From contig CAIWCD010000003.1 of NCBI GenBank assembly GCA_903911145.1, positions 64,642 to 128,641 of the forward strand: a stretch of DNA of 64,000 bases, in the 5' to 3' direction. The notes under the pieces are model-generated. The model made no database searches, was not told the origin of the DNA, and worked only from the letters and a program-made list of their open reading frames with translations. Numbering within the stretch: the first letter of the stretch is position 1; the number at the start of each line of letters is the position of its first letter. The position numbers were made by a program, and so were the translations under genes. This document shows positions 38,624 through 48,932 of this stretch, piece after piece. The stretch is from an uncultured delta proteobacterium. Lineage in GTDB: Bacteria > Myxococcota > Myxococcia > Myxococcales > 40CM-4-68-19.

Positions 38624-39529
38624 CTATGCGGACGGGCAGAGCAGCAGCGAGAGCTTTCCGCCCCCGTAGTCCTCGACGTCGATGTGGATATCGAGCCGCT
38701 TCTTCGCCTGAAGCACGAGAGAGGAGACCTCTTTCGGAACCGGCGTCCCCGGCCAATAGACGGCACTCTGGACGAAGTGCGCGGAGGCCTTTGGTTCGAT
38801 CATCGAGGCAAACACATTGAAGACGTCAACAGCGTTCTTGCGCATCGCCTCAGGCACGGTGCGGGACGCGATGGCCTCCTGCACCGTGGACGCCGAGAGC
38901 AACGAAAGAGCAGCGCCGACACTCGCGCAGAGCGGCAGGCTGCAGACGCACGCAAGCATGAAGGGCGAGCCGTCCATCCGATAGACCGCCACGGCCTTCG
39001 CATCGCCGAGCGTCAATGGCGCGTCGGGCTTGATGGAGATCTGCTTCTTGATCAACGAGAAGAGAACGTGGGTGACTTCGGCGGACGGCGCGAAGGAATA
39101 ATCCACCGACGGAACGGCTGCCCCGCTTGCCTGCGCTGGACCCGATGCCGCGGGCGTTGCAGCCGCCCCGCTCGGCTTGGGCACCACCGCGCGAAAATCC
39201 TTGGCCGTAAACGGCTTGACGATAACGAACTCCGCGCCCGCCGCCGCCGCGATGGTCCGCATCGGCCCTGTCCCCTCGGTGGTTACGAACCCGAAGCGAA
39301 CAGTCTTATCCGTCTCACGAATGGTCTTGAGCAGCTGCAGCCCATTCACTTCGGGCATATTCCAATCAGAGAGAATCAGGTCGGGCATCCCGCCCGCTGC
39401 GATCTTCGCGAGAGCATCGCGGCCATTGATCGCCTCCTGGATCTCGAGCTCGCCGAGCTCCGCCTGCTTCAGCGTGCGCACCACCAACATGCGCATCATC
39501 TGGCTGTCGTCGACGACTAGAATCTTCAC
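38624..39529 (-). CDS. CheY-like receiver fused to a CheC/CheX-like domain
   Basis: ILVVDDS, DLILSDWNMPEVNG, FVTTE, KPF; C-terminal AVAVY..GAALSLL..NAVDVFNVFAS domain. Confidence 0.8.
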   Translation of the reverse strand: MKILVVDDSQMMRMLVVRTLKQAELGELEIQEAINGRDALAKIAAGGMPDLILSDWNMPEVNGLQLLKTIRETDKTVRFGFVTTEGTGPMRTIAAAAGAEFVIVKPFTAKDFRAVVPKPSGAAATPAASGPAQASGAAVPSVDYSFAPSAEVTHVLFSLIKKQISIKPDAPLTLGDAKAVAVYRMDGSPFMLACVCSLPLCASVGAALSLLSASTVQEAIASRTVPEAMRKNAVDVFNVFASMIEPKASAHFVQSAVYWPGTPVPKEVSSLVLQAKKRLDIHIDVEDYGGGKLSLLLCPSA

Positions 39530-40377
39530 GGTCCACTCCTGGTTGGTTGCGCCTGCGGATGGCGGTGCCGATAAGCGATCACATCCTTGAGCCAGACAGG
39601 CATGAGATCCTCGAGCCCCGCCGCGGGCGTCTCGGTCGTGCCGAGGAAGAGGCATCCATCGGCACGAAGCTTCTTGCAGGCGCGGGTCAGAATATCGCGC
39701 TTCACTTCCGCCGAGAAATAGATCAGCACGTTGCGAATCATGATCAGGTCGATCGGCTCTGCGATCGGCCACGCAGCAGTGAGATTGAGCTCGCTGAAGC
39801 TCACCAGACTTCGATATTCCTTCTTCAGCTCGTACTCGTCGCCGACCTGGGTGAACGCACTCGCGAGAACATCGGGCGATAACCCGCGCCGCACCTCATT
39901 CGCGCTGTAACGACCGCTGCGCGCCTGCGCCACCACTGCGCCGGAGAGATCGGTTGCATAGATCTTGATATCCCACGTTGCGAGCAGCGGGAAATCGCGG
40001 CGCAGCATGATCGCCAGCGTATATGGCTCCTGCCCCGTCGAGCAGGCCGCGCTCCAGATCCGCAACGTCCGCGACTGCGAGCGAGCCCGAATCAGATCGG
40101 GGATCACGCTCGCCTTGAGCGCGTCATAGACATTCTGGTCGCGAAAGAAGCTCGTCTCGTTGGTGCAGAGAGCCTCGACGAGCAGTTTGCGCAGGCGTCC
40201 GCTCGAATCGCTCTTCGTCTTGCGGATGAACTCGTCGACGGACGACAGCCCCTCCGCGCGCGCGACAGGGAGCAACCGCTGGTCGACGAGATACTGCTGC
40301 GTGGCCGACAGGATGATCGAGGCCTGCTCGCGCACCACTTGCTGCACATAGAGATAATCGGCGGGCGTGACGCTCAT
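39526..40377 (-). CDS. cheR: chemotaxis methyltransferase CheR
   Basis: TNETSFFRD, IWSAACSTGQEPY, ATDLS, RNVLIYF, LFLG. Confidence 0.95.
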   Translation of the reverse strand: MSVTPADYLYVQQVVREQASIILSATQQYLVDQRLLPVARAEGLSSVDEFIRKTKSDSSGRLRKLLVEALCTNETSFFRDQNVYDALKASVIPDLIRARSQSRTLRIWSAACSTGQEPYTLAIMLRRDFPLLATWDIKIYATDLSGAVVAQARSGRYSANEVRRGLSPDVLASAFTQVGDEYELKKEYRSLVSFSELNLTAAWPIAEPIDLIMIRNVLIYFSAEVKRDILTRACKKLRADGCLFLGTTETPAAGLEDLMPVWLKDVIAYRHRHPQAQPTRSGP

Positions 40378-41540
40378 TTTTTCGTCTCGATCGGGCGCGT
40401 ATCAACGGGAGTCGGACCCTTGCCGCCGACAGTTCGCGACGCCACCCGCTGCAGAATCTCCGCGCCGATCTGTTCGAGCGGCAGCACGCGGCTGGCAAGC
40501 CCCGCCTTCGCGACCGCGCCAGCCATGCCCCAGACGACCGAGGTCGCCTCGTCCTGCACAATAACGTTGCCTCCCTTTTCGGTAATCAGCGCCGAACCTC
40601 GCAGTCCGTCTTCACCCATCCCCGTCAGCACGACGCCGAGCGAGCGCGCGCCCATCGTCTCCGCCACCGAGCGAAAGAGCACGTCCACCGAGGGCCGACA
40701 GAAATTCTCTGCGGGTCCTTGACTCAGCTCGATCCGCAGCGTCGTCGACTCCCTCTTCAAGGTCATATGAAAGTCGCCCGGCGCGACCCAGACATTTCCC
40801 GCCTTGAGCTCTTCCTTGCCCTGCGCTTCGCGCACCGGCAGCCGGCATCCAAGCGCGAGCCGCTCAGCGAGATACTTCGTAAATGTGGGCGGCATATGCT
40901 GCACGATCACGACGGGCACCGGGAAATCGGGCGGCAGCTGCGCGAGCACGCGGGCGAGCGCATTCGGCCCACCTGTGGAGCTCCCGATCGCAAGCAGCTC
41001 GACGGGAAAGCGTGCTGCGCTCGGCGGGCGCACCACGACCGGCCGAGCCGCCACGGGCGCGGCTTTGGCAGGCTGCAGTGAGATCGGCCCCGTCGAGGGC
41101 CGCGTTGACGAGGCCGATTGGCCCGGCCGCCCGACCTTACCGAGCTCCTTGATCTTCACCAGCAGCGAGTCGCGAACGAGCTGGTAGGTCGCCGCGGGAT
41201 TGGCGCCCGCTGGTTTCGCGACGTAATCGGTCGCGCCTGCAAAGAGCGCATTCATCGTCACCGACGCGCCGCGCTCCGTCAGGGAGCTGAACATGATCAC
41301 CGGCAGCGTCGGGTGGAGCTTGCGAATCTCCTTGAGCGTCTGCAGCCCGTCCATCTCGGGCATCTCGACATCGAGCGTGACCACATCTGGAAGTGCGCGC
41401 GCGATCGCCGCGAGCGCGAGGACACCGTTCGCCGCCGGCTCCATCACCTCGACGGCCGGATCCTCCGCAAGGATCTTCGCCACCACGGTGCGAAGCATCC
41501 GGCTGTCATCGACGATCAGGACTTTGATTTTCTGCGGCAC
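40374..41540 (-). CDS. cheB: chemotaxis methylesterase CheB (receiver + esterase)
   Basis: LDVEMP, GSSTGGP, VQHMPP, RPSVD, LTGMGEDG, VVWGM. Confidence 0.95.
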   Translation of the reverse strand: MPQKIKVLIVDDSRMLRTVVAKILAEDPAVEVMEPAANGVLALAAIARALPDVVTLDVEMPEMDGLQTLKEIRKLHPTLPVIMFSSLTERGASVTMNALFAGATDYVAKPAGANPAATYQLVRDSLLVKIKELGKVGRPGQSASSTRPSTGPISLQPAKAAPVAARPVVVRPPSAARFPVELLAIGSSTGGPNALARVLAQLPPDFPVPVVIVQHMPPTFTKYLAERLALGCRLPVREAQGKEELKAGNVWVAPGDFHMTLKRESTTLRIELSQGPAENFCRPSVDVLFRSVAETMGARSLGVVLTGMGEDGLRGSALITEKGGNVIVQDEATSVVWGMAGAVAKAGLASRVLPLEQIGAEILQRVASRTVGGKGPTPVDTRPIETKK

Positions 41541-41542
41541 AG

Positions 41543-42973
41543 CTATCCTTGAAAGTAGGCAATGCCCTTGAGCTCTTCAGCGATGCGCGAGATATCGACC
41601 GCAGCCTGGTGCGTCTCCGCGCTGCCGACGGCCGTGCTCTGCGCCGCCTCCGCGACGCCCGAGATGTTGTGCGCGATCTCGCCGCTCGCCGTCGCGACCT
41701 CTCCCGCGCGCCGCCCGATCTCGCCGACCGCGAGCGTCTGCTCCTCGACCGCGCGCGCATTGAGCGTCGAGACCTCGTGGATCTTGCGGATGGTCTCGGT
41801 GATCTCTTTAATCCCCGCCGTCACCGCCAGCGTCCCGCTCTGGATCGCTTCGACGCTCTGGCGAATGATCTTGGTCGCCTTCGTCGTCTCGCGCGCGAGC
41901 TCCTTCACTTCGCGGGCAACAACCGCAAACCCTTGCCCCGCCTCGCCTGCACGCGCCGCCTCGATGGTGGCATTGAGCGCGAGCAGATTGGTCTGCTGCG
42001 CGATCGAGGTAATCATCGTCACGACCTCGCCGATCTCTGCGCTGCGGGTACCCAACACCGCCATCGTCTCGATCGTGCTCTGGCTCGCCGTGACCGCCGC
42101 CTGCGCAATGCGCGCAGCCTCGACCGAGTTGGCGGCCACCGTGCGAATGCTCGCGAGCATCTCTTCGGTTCCAGTCGCGACCGATTGAATGCTCGCACCG
42201 ACCTGCTTGGCCGCCGACGACACCGCGTGCGCCTGCACCGAAGTCTCTTCGGCCGCCGCGCTCATCGACTGGCTGACCTCTTCCGCCTTCGTCGCCGAGG
42301 CCGCGAGCGCAAAGACGTTGTTCTTCGCCTGCATGCGGATCTCGTTGACGACGCGATCCACCTGCTCGAAGTGCTCCGACTTATCGACGCCCGGAGGGAC
42401 GCTAATGGTGTCGAGGCTTAATCCAACCGCCTCCAGCGTGTGCCAGAGGAAGGAATCGCAGAACAGCTGCATGTCGTAGTTCATGATCGCGAAGATCGCG
42501 TTCTCGGCCTTGAGCAGCTCCGCCGCGCTCTTGATCTGCTTGCGCAGATACTCGCGCGTGAGCTGCGCGAACTCATTGTAGGAGCCGAGATACCACTTGA
42601 GGGGGAGCTTGATTCGATAATGGACCGAGCCGACGTGCAATCGCCGCTCGGCGTAGGCGGCCCCCCAGTTGTCCTTCGCGCCGGCGAAGATCGAACGATA
42701 GTAGTCCGACTGGGCCTGCTCCAACGTCTTGCGCAGAACCTCGATCGTCATTCCCGCCTGCGCGGCGTGCTTCTCGAAGAGTTGGCGCGTCGGCTCGAAG
42801 GCAAACTGCCAGTCGTAGAACTCCTCAGCGATCTTCTTCGAGTTCTTATCGGCCCAGGGAATCAGCTTGACGAGCGCATCGCGCTCCGCTGCGCCGAGGC
42901 GAAGGAACGCCCGCCGCACTGCGAGGTTCTTATCGTCAAGTCCATATTTGGTTGCAAGCGACTGGTCAGCCAC
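41543..42973 (-). CDS. globin-coupled soluble chemoreceptor (sensor globin + MCP)
   Basis: EEFYDWQ (B10 Tyr), [22 protein letters not shown] (proximal His); MCP tip [23 protein letters not shown]; no TM. Confidence 0.88.
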   Translation of the reverse strand: MADQSLATKYGLDDKNLAVRRAFLRLGAAERDALVKLIPWADKNSKKIAEEFYDWQFAFEPTRQLFEKHAAQAGMTIEVLRKTLEQAQSDYYRSIFAGAKDNWGAAYAERRLHVGSVHYRIKLPLKWYLGSYNEFAQLTREYLRKQIKSAAELLKAENAIFAIMNYDMQLFCDSFLWHTLEAVGLSLDTISVPPGVDKSEHFEQVDRVVNEIRMQAKNNVFALAASATKAEEVSQSMSAAAEETSVQAHAVSSAAKQVGASIQSVATGTEEMLASIRTVAANSVEAARIAQAAVTASQSTIETMAVLGTRSAEIGEVVTMITSIAQQTNLLALNATIEAARAGEAGQGFAVVAREVKELARETTKATKIIRQSVEAIQSGTLAVTAGIKEITETIRKIHEVSTLNARAVEEQTLAVGEIGRRAGEVATASGEIAHNISGVAEAAQSTAVGSAETHQAAVDISRIAEELKGIAYFQG

Positions 42974-42998
42974 TGAAAGCCTCCGGGATCTTCGATGA

Positions 42999-43445
42999 CT
43001 AGCTGCGAATTTCGTTGGACCGCATGAGCTGCATGATCTTTTCCGGGTCGACGAGGAGCAGCAGCTTCTCCTCGACCTTGTAGACGCCCACCACCAGTTC
43101 GCGCGCTTCGCGCATCGTCTCGGGCGGTGTTTCAAAATCGCTGTCGGGAACATCGACCACGTCGCCGACGTCGTCGACGATTAAACTCAGCAGGCCATGC
43201 CCCGTCCGGATAATCACGTTTAATGACTGTGTGCCAGCCGCGCGCGGAGCGACTTTCAACAAGCGCCGCATGTCGACTGTCGCGACGATCTGGCCTCTTA
43301 AGTTAATCAGCCCGCGCACCGCGGTCGGCGCGAGTGGCACCCGCGTCATCTCCTGCGCGCGCAGGATCTCCTGCACCTTCCCGACCTCCATTCCAAAGAA
43401 GAGGTCGGCGACGACGAAGGTACAGAGCTCGCGTTGATTGCTCAT
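42999..43445 (-). CDS. cheW: CheW
   Basis: [32 protein letters not shown]. Confidence 0.93.
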   Translation of the reverse strand: MSNQRELCTFVVADLFFGMEVGKVQEILRAQEMTRVPLAPTAVRGLINLRGQIVATVDMRRLLKVAPRAAGTQSLNVIIRTGHGLLSLIVDDVGDVVDVPDSDFETPPETMREARELVVGVYKVEEKLLLLVDPEKIMQLMRSNEIRS

Positions 43446-45724
43446 GCTTCCTCCGCCGCGTGGCGTTGCGCCTGCCCGAGACGAATCACCTCGTCGAGGC
43501 TGAGCAACTCGGTGATGCGCTCCTGGATAATCGCCGTCCCGACCGAGCCCTCCCGACCCTTGCCGCGCCTCACTTCGACCGGACCGTCGTAGATATCGAT
43601 GATCTCGTGCACGACAATCCCGATGGGATGCTCGAGGCCCGAATAGACGACCACCGAGATGCTCTTGATATTCGGGTCGACGAATGCGGAAACCGCGCGC
43701 GCGCCCGTCCTGCGCTCCGGCAATGCCGCCGAGAGTTTAATCAGCGGAAGGATATCCCCACGATACTGGATGCACTCGGTACCACCCGAGCGCTCGATGC
43801 GGTCGACCGGAAACTCCTCGAGGCGCGCGACCGTCGAGAGCGGCACCGCCAACTGGCCGCCGTCGGGCGCCGCGAGCAGCAGCAGGCTCGTCTGCGATCC
43901 TTTGCTCACGGCCGCTGCCGCTTGCGCCGCGCGATCGCGAACATCCGAGAGCACGCGCGCGCGCTGGGCCAGCCCGAGCACATCGAGGATCAGCGCGACC
44001 TTTCCGTCGCCCATGATCGTCGCGCCCGCGAACGACGATAAGCCTTTCAGATAGTTCCCCAGCGGCTTGACGACGATCTCCTCGGTATCGAGCACGCTAT
44101 CAACGACCAATCCAAACGGATGATCGCCCGCCTGCACAATCACGATCTCCAGCGACGTCGCCTCCGGCAGCACCACGCCCGGCTCGTCGAGCGCCAGCTC
44201 CTTGCGCAGATAGATCAGCGGCAAAAGCTTCCCGCGCAGACGGTACACGGGGGCGCCATAGACATATTCAACGGCCGTCTTGCACTTCGCGCCTTCAATG
44301 CGCACGAGCTCCTGGAGATTCACCTGCGGGATCGCATACCGATCGCCCGCGCACGAGGTGATTAGTGCGGGGATGATCGCCAGCGTCAGCGGGATCTTGA
44401 TGCTGAAGGTCGTGCCCGTTCCCAGCTTGCTGCGGATATCGATCGCGCCGCCGATGCGCTCGATGTTCGTCTTGACGACGTCCATCCCAACGCCGCGGCC
44501 GGAGATGTTCGTCACCTTTTCCGCCGTCGAGAACCCCGGCAGGAAGATCAAGTTGACGGCGTCCCGATCGCTGATGCGCGAGGCTTGATCGGGAGTAATG
44601 AATCCGCGTTGGATCGCAGTGGCTTTAATCCGCTCCGGGTCGATGCCGCGCCCGTCGTCGGAGATCTCGATATTGACCTGGCCGCCTTGATGAAACGCGC
44701 GCAGCGAGATGCAGCCTTGCGCGACCTTCCCCTTCTCAACACGCGTGTCAGGCAGCTCGAGTCCGTGATCGGCGCTATTGCGGATCAGATGCATCAGCGG
44801 ATCTTTAATCGCCTCGATAATCGTGCGATCGAGCTCGGTCTCGGCGCCCGCGACCTCGAGACGGATCTGCTTGCCGGTGCGCTGGCTCAAGTCGCGGATG
44901 ACCCGCGGATACTTGCTCCAGATTGTGTCGATCGGCTGCATCCGCGCCTTCATCGTGTGCTGCTGCAGCTCGCTGGTAACCAGATTCAATCGCTGCGACG
45001 CGGCCGGCAGCGTCACCAGGTCTTCGGTCATCGTGCACTGCAGGATCTGATTTCGCGCCAGAACCAGCTCGCCAATCAGATTGAGCAGCTTGTCGAGCAC
45101 CTCGACGTCGATGCGGATCGTCGTCTCGATGTTCGGCGCGACCGCGGCAGCGACATTTCCTTCCGTCGCCCGCACGACCGCGGGTGCTGGCATTTCCGGG
45201 GCGGGTGCGGGATGGGAAACTGTCGGCGGGGGCGACGGCTCAGAGACCACTGCAGACGCAGGCTCACTCACGGCTGCGCTGTTGGCGACAGGAGCAGTCG
45301 CGGCAGGCGTCGCCGATGCGTCCTGCGCTCCTGCTGCGCCCGCCTCGAGCGCCTTGAGCGTCGCGACCAGCGCAGAGGTGTCGGTCTCACCTTCGCTCGC
45401 GATCGTCTGCAGATTGGCGAGACATTCGCGGAGTGCATCACCCATCGCGAAGAGCGCGCCGGCGACCTCGCGCGTACAGCTCATCTGTCCGTCGCGCAGC
45501 CGGCCGAGCAGGTTCTCGCCCGCGTGCGCCAGCGATTCAATCTTGCCGAGACCGAGAAAGCTCGCTCCCCCCTTGATGGTGTGGATGGCGCGAAAGACCC
45601 GCGTGACGGCCTCGGGCGAGTCGCCGCTCTTTTCCAACACCAGCAGGTCCTGGTCGAAGAGATCGAGGTTCTCACTGCTCTCGATCAGGAACATCCGCCC
45701 GACTTCATCTTCAAGCAGGTTCAT
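43442..45724 (-). CDS. cheA: CheA histidine kinase with a second C-terminal CheW domain
   Basis: FRAIHTIKG (Hpt), HLIRNSADHG, DDGRGID, GFSTA..SGRGVGMDVV; two CheW-like domains. Confidence 0.95.
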   Translation of the reverse strand: MNLLEDEVGRMFLIESSENLDLFDQDLLVLEKSGDSPEAVTRVFRAIHTIKGGASFLGLGKIESLAHAGENLLGRLRDGQMSCTREVAGALFAMGDALRECLANLQTIASEGETDTSALVATLKALEAGAAGAQDASATPAATAPVANSAAVSEPASAVVSEPSPPPTVSHPAPAPEMPAPAVVRATEGNVAAAVAPNIETTIRIDVEVLDKLLNLIGELVLARNQILQCTMTEDLVTLPAASQRLNLVTSELQQHTMKARMQPIDTIWSKYPRVIRDLSQRTGKQIRLEVAGAETELDRTIIEAIKDPLMHLIRNSADHGLELPDTRVEKGKVAQGCISLRAFHQGGQVNIEISDDGRGIDPERIKATAIQRGFITPDQASRISDRDAVNLIFLPGFSTAEKVTNISGRGVGMDVVKTNIERIGGAIDIRSKLGTGTTFSIKIPLTLAIIPALITSCAGDRYAIPQVNLQELVRIEGAKCKTAVEYVYGAPVYRLRGKLLPLIYLRKELALDEPGVVLPEATSLEIVIVQAGDHPFGLVVDSVLDTEEIVVKPLGNYLKGLSSFAGATIMGDGKVALILDVLGLAQRARVLSDVRDRAAQAAAAVSKGSQTSLLLLAAPDGGQLAVPLSTVARLEEFPVDRIERSGGTECIQYRGDILPLIKLSAALPERRTGARAVSAFVDPNIKSISVVVYSGLEHPIGIVVHEIIDIYDGPVEVRRGKGREGSVGTAIIQERITELLSLDEVIRLGQAQRHAAEEA

Positions 45725-46000
45725 TGACCATGCCCCAGGGCGACGGAGAGCGAATCTGCCGCGCAAACGTTGCAGCTCCGTGATGGATGAAAGTCGGAAA
45801 TGGGCGCTCTCCAGAGTTCTTGCGAGGAGACAAAGCAGCAAGCATCGCGCCAGCGGAAGATGGCAAGTGGCCGCACCCGCATCTCTGCCTTCAGCTACTT
45901 GTTGGCACGCGAGAGGTGGTCACCCTCCGTTGCAGTTCGACTTCGGCTCGCTGCTTGCTCGGTTGCCCGCGGTTCAGGCGAGTTTCCCCCGGGAGGGACG

Positions 46001-47197
46001 ATGACAGTCCACGATCCAATACAGAGCATGCGCGACGTCCAGCATTTCGGCGAAGAGGGCGGCGTCGTTCCCGTCATCGACCTCGCCGCAACCTCCACGT
46101 TCCTCAATCCCGAGGATATGGAGAAGGCGTTTCACGGCGAGATCGACGGTTGCTATCTCTACAGTCGCCACTCCAACCCCTCGGTGAGCGCGTTCGGCCA
46201 GAAGCTTGCCGCGCTCGAAGGGATGGAGGCCGCGCTCGGCGTCTCGAGCGGAATGGCTGCGATCTCCTGCGCCATCCAGCAGGCGATGCCGACGGGCGGG
46301 CACATCATCTCATCGCGCACGGTCTATGGTGGAACCTATGCGCTCTTCCAGAATCTGCTCCCGCGCAGCGGAATAGAGTCCTCCTTCGTCGAGATTGAAG
46401 ACCTTGCCGCCGTCGAGCGGGCGATCACTCCAGCCACGCGCGTGATCTTCACCGAGACGATGAGCAACCCGCTTCTGCGCGTCTCGGACCTGCGCGGCCT
46501 CTCGGCACTCTGCAAGCGGCGCGGGCTCAAGCTGATCGTCGACAACACCTTCACGCCCGTGCTGGTGACACCTGGAAAGCTCGGCGCTGATATCGTCGTC
46601 TATTCCTGCACCAAGTACATATCCGGCGCGAGCGACCTGATCGCCGGAGCAATTGTCGGCTCGCAGGAGTTCATCAATTCGCTCGTCGACATCAACCACG
46701 GCGTGGTCATGCTGACCGGCCCAGTCATGGACCCGCGGGTCGCGCACGAGCTCTATCTGCGACTCGATCACCTTCCCGTGCGTATGGCTGCCCACTCGCA
46801 CGCGGCTCAATATCTCGCCGAGAAGATGCGCGCGGCCGATATCCCGGCGATCTATCCCGGCCTCCCGATTCACGAGCACCACGCGCTCCTCTCGGCGCAG
46901 ATGAATCCCGGATATGGGTATGGAGGAATGACTGCCGTCGATTGCGGCAGCGTGAAGCGCGCGATGAAGCTCGCCGCGCGGCTGCAGCAGGAGAAGTTCG
47001 GGCTGTACGCCGTCTCGCTCGGATTCTCCCGCACCTTGATGAGCTGCCCGTCGGTGAGCACCTCGAGCGAGATCCCCGAAGCGGAGCAGAAGAAGATGAA
47101 CCTCTCGCCCGGGCTTCTGCGACTGAGCATCGGGTTCGTCGGCAACGACGAGACGCTCGCGCAGCGTTTCCTCAAGTGCTATCGCGAAGTGAGTTAA
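46001..47197 (+). CDS. PLP-dependent trans-sulfuration enzyme, methionine gamma-lyase-like
   Basis: YSRHSNP, SGMAAI, YGGT, ETMSNP, VDNTF, SCTKYISG, AVSLG, LLRLSIG. Confidence 0.85.
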   Translation: MTVHDPIQSMRDVQHFGEEGGVVPVIDLAATSTFLNPEDMEKAFHGEIDGCYLYSRHSNPSVSAFGQKLAALEGMEAALGVSSGMAAISCAIQQAMPTGGHIISSRTVYGGTYALFQNLLPRSGIESSFVEIEDLAAVERAITPATRVIFTETMSNPLLRVSDLRGLSALCKRRGLKLIVDNTFTPVLVTPGKLGADIVVYSCTKYISGASDLIAGAIVGSQEFINSLVDINHGVVMLTGPVMDPRVAHELYLRLDHLPVRMAAHSHAAQYLAEKMRAADIPAIYPGLPIHEHHALLSAQMNPGYGYGGMTAVDCGSVKRAMKLAARLQQEKFGLYAVSLGFSRTLMSCPSVSTSSEIPEAEQKKMNLSPGLLRLSIGFVGNDETLAQRFLKCYREVS

Positions 47198-47242
47198 TCC
47201 CCGCCTACAGTTTCCGGCCGGTTCTTCCGATTGAACGGAAGG

Positions 47243-47827
47243 ATGAGAGCCGGGCCCGCCACGCACTCCGATCCGCTTTCGACCGCGCAGGAGCGGCCGC
47301 CGACCGCTGCTGCGACCGCGACCCAGACGGCTGGATTCAACGCGGCCGACAAGCTCGCCGGAGGCGGAGTCTCGTCATCAAGCGGTGGAGTTGGAACCCC
47401 GAGCACTGGCGCACGTGGAATCGGCGCCGTTCAATCGAGTACCCCGCGAGCTCCGCCAACGCCCGGCATGTTTCCGAGCGACTCCGCGTCGGCGTCGAAC
47501 GTGGGGAGCATGCTCCACCAGTTGCAGCAGCTCTCGGCAGAGGATCCCGCCGCATTCCAGGACGCCGCCGGCAACATCGCAAGCCGCCTCAAGAGCAGCT
47601 CGGCAACGGCAACCGGCACCACCGCGCGCGCCCTCGATTCGCTCGCCAGTTCGTTCCGCGCTGCCGCGACTACCGGCAAGGTCCCGACTCTCGCCTCCAC
47701 TGCTCCGATGACGGCCAGCAGCCACGTCGCAGTCGCGAAATACGCGCAGAGCATTTCGAAGGGCGGCGAGGATGAATCGTTGGCAACGCTCCACGACGCG
47801 CTCGCCGACGCGCTCGCGGCCGCATAG
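47243..47827 (+). CDS. hypothetical protein (Ala/Ser-rich)
   Basis: Long ORF with a helical core (LHQLQQLSAEDPAAFQ); no recognised domain. Confidence 0.5.
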   Translation: MRAGPATHSDPLSTAQERPPTAAATATQTAGFNAADKLAGGGVSSSSGGVGTPSTGARGIGAVQSSTPRAPPTPGMFPSDSASASNVGSMLHQLQQLSAEDPAAFQDAAGNIASRLKSSSATATGTTARALDSLASSFRAAATTGKVPTLASTAPMTASSHVAVAKYAQSISKGGEDESLATLHDALADALAAA

Positions 47828-47845
47828 TCGGCGGGGCCTCGCCCG

Positions 47846-48253
47846 TTACTTCGCCGCCGCGTGCTCCTGGACATACTTCGCGTAGCGCATATCAACGCCG
47901 AGGATATGTCCGGTCAGCCAGCGCGCGAGGAAGTCGAAGAGCTTCTCCCCGGCAAGCTGCCCACCTGCCATATCCCGACGGAATCCCTGCAGGCTGGCCA
48001 CAAGCGCCTGGTGCAGCGAGCGGTGCATCGACAGCTGGGGATAGGACATCGCGCCCATATACTTCTCTTCGTCCCGGAAATGCTCCGCCGTGTAGTTCAT
48101 GAAGTCGTCGAGCGCCTCGAGGCACTGCGCGAGCGGCGCCTTCGCGGTGATGAGCTCATAGGTGCGGTTCATCTTGGCGATGAGGATCTTGTGCTCCCCA
48201 TCCATCTCGTCAACGCCAAGCTTGTACTTCGCATTCCATTCGAAGAAGCTCAT
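47846..48253 (-). CDS. bacteriohemerythrin
   Basis: MDGEH, HFRDEE, HRSLH, WLTGHILGVD. Confidence 0.93.
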   Translation of the reverse strand: MSFFEWNAKYKLGVDEMDGEHKILIAKMNRTYELITAKAPLAQCLEALDDFMNYTAEHFRDEEKYMGAMSYPQLSMHRSLHQALVASLQGFRRDMAGGQLAGEKLFDFLARWLTGHILGVDMRYAKYVQEHAAAK

Positions 48254-48543
48254 CTAACCACCCCTCGTCGCCATCGCGGCGGCTGACCAGTTCGCCTGAA
48301 TCACTCTCTCAACAACGCAGTTGTACAGCAAGAACCGTGCAGCGATCATTTTCCAGCCGGGACGTCGATCACGCGATCGAATTGCGTCTTGGCCTAAACT
48401 GCCCGCAGGATTTGCGCCGAATCAGATCCAGGTAGCATCCGCCGACGCCTCGTGTTGGGGAATATGCTATGAGCCCGGTCGGCTTTGCGCCGATACCGAT
48501 TGAGGGACGGTGGCGAGGTCGAACGCCATCGGAGGGAGTTGCG

Positions 48544-48837
48544 GTGCGGTCTCTGGTGCACCAGTTGAGACGAGCGGGCGCGCTGATCGCGGGTGGATTG
48601 GCGCTCGCCCTGCTGCTGCTGCTCGCGCAACCCCACCAGCACGCGACCGCGCATCCCGAACGGTCCGATTGCGTCGCCTGCACAGTTGCTCATCTGCACT
48701 CAACGGCGGCCGCGCCAACCACGCCGAGCGTCGCTCCGCTGCTGCTTGTCACCGCCACGATCACGCGCGAGCCGCACCAGCCGCCGCTCGGCGCACTGCT
48801 CCCCGAACCTCGCGCCCAGGGACCGCCTCAAGCCTGA
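48544..48837 (+). CDS. DUF2946/CruR-like regulatory leader peptide
   Basis: GGAGGGAG RBS + GTG; TM segment, HQH, CVAC, C-terminal RAQGPP; directly upstream of a TonB-dependent receptor. Confidence 0.75.
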   Translation: MRSLVHQLRRAGALIAGGLALALLLLLAQPHQHATAHPERSDCVACTVAHLHSTAAAPTTPSVAPLLLVTATITREPHQPPLGALLPEPRAQGPPQA

Positions 48838-48932
48838 AGCAGGCCGAGGAGATCCTGAATTCCGTCTTGATTTGATCGCGCGAGAGTATCGCGCGACCTC
48901 TGCCGCTTTGCGCGGCCGCGAGAGTTATTCCC

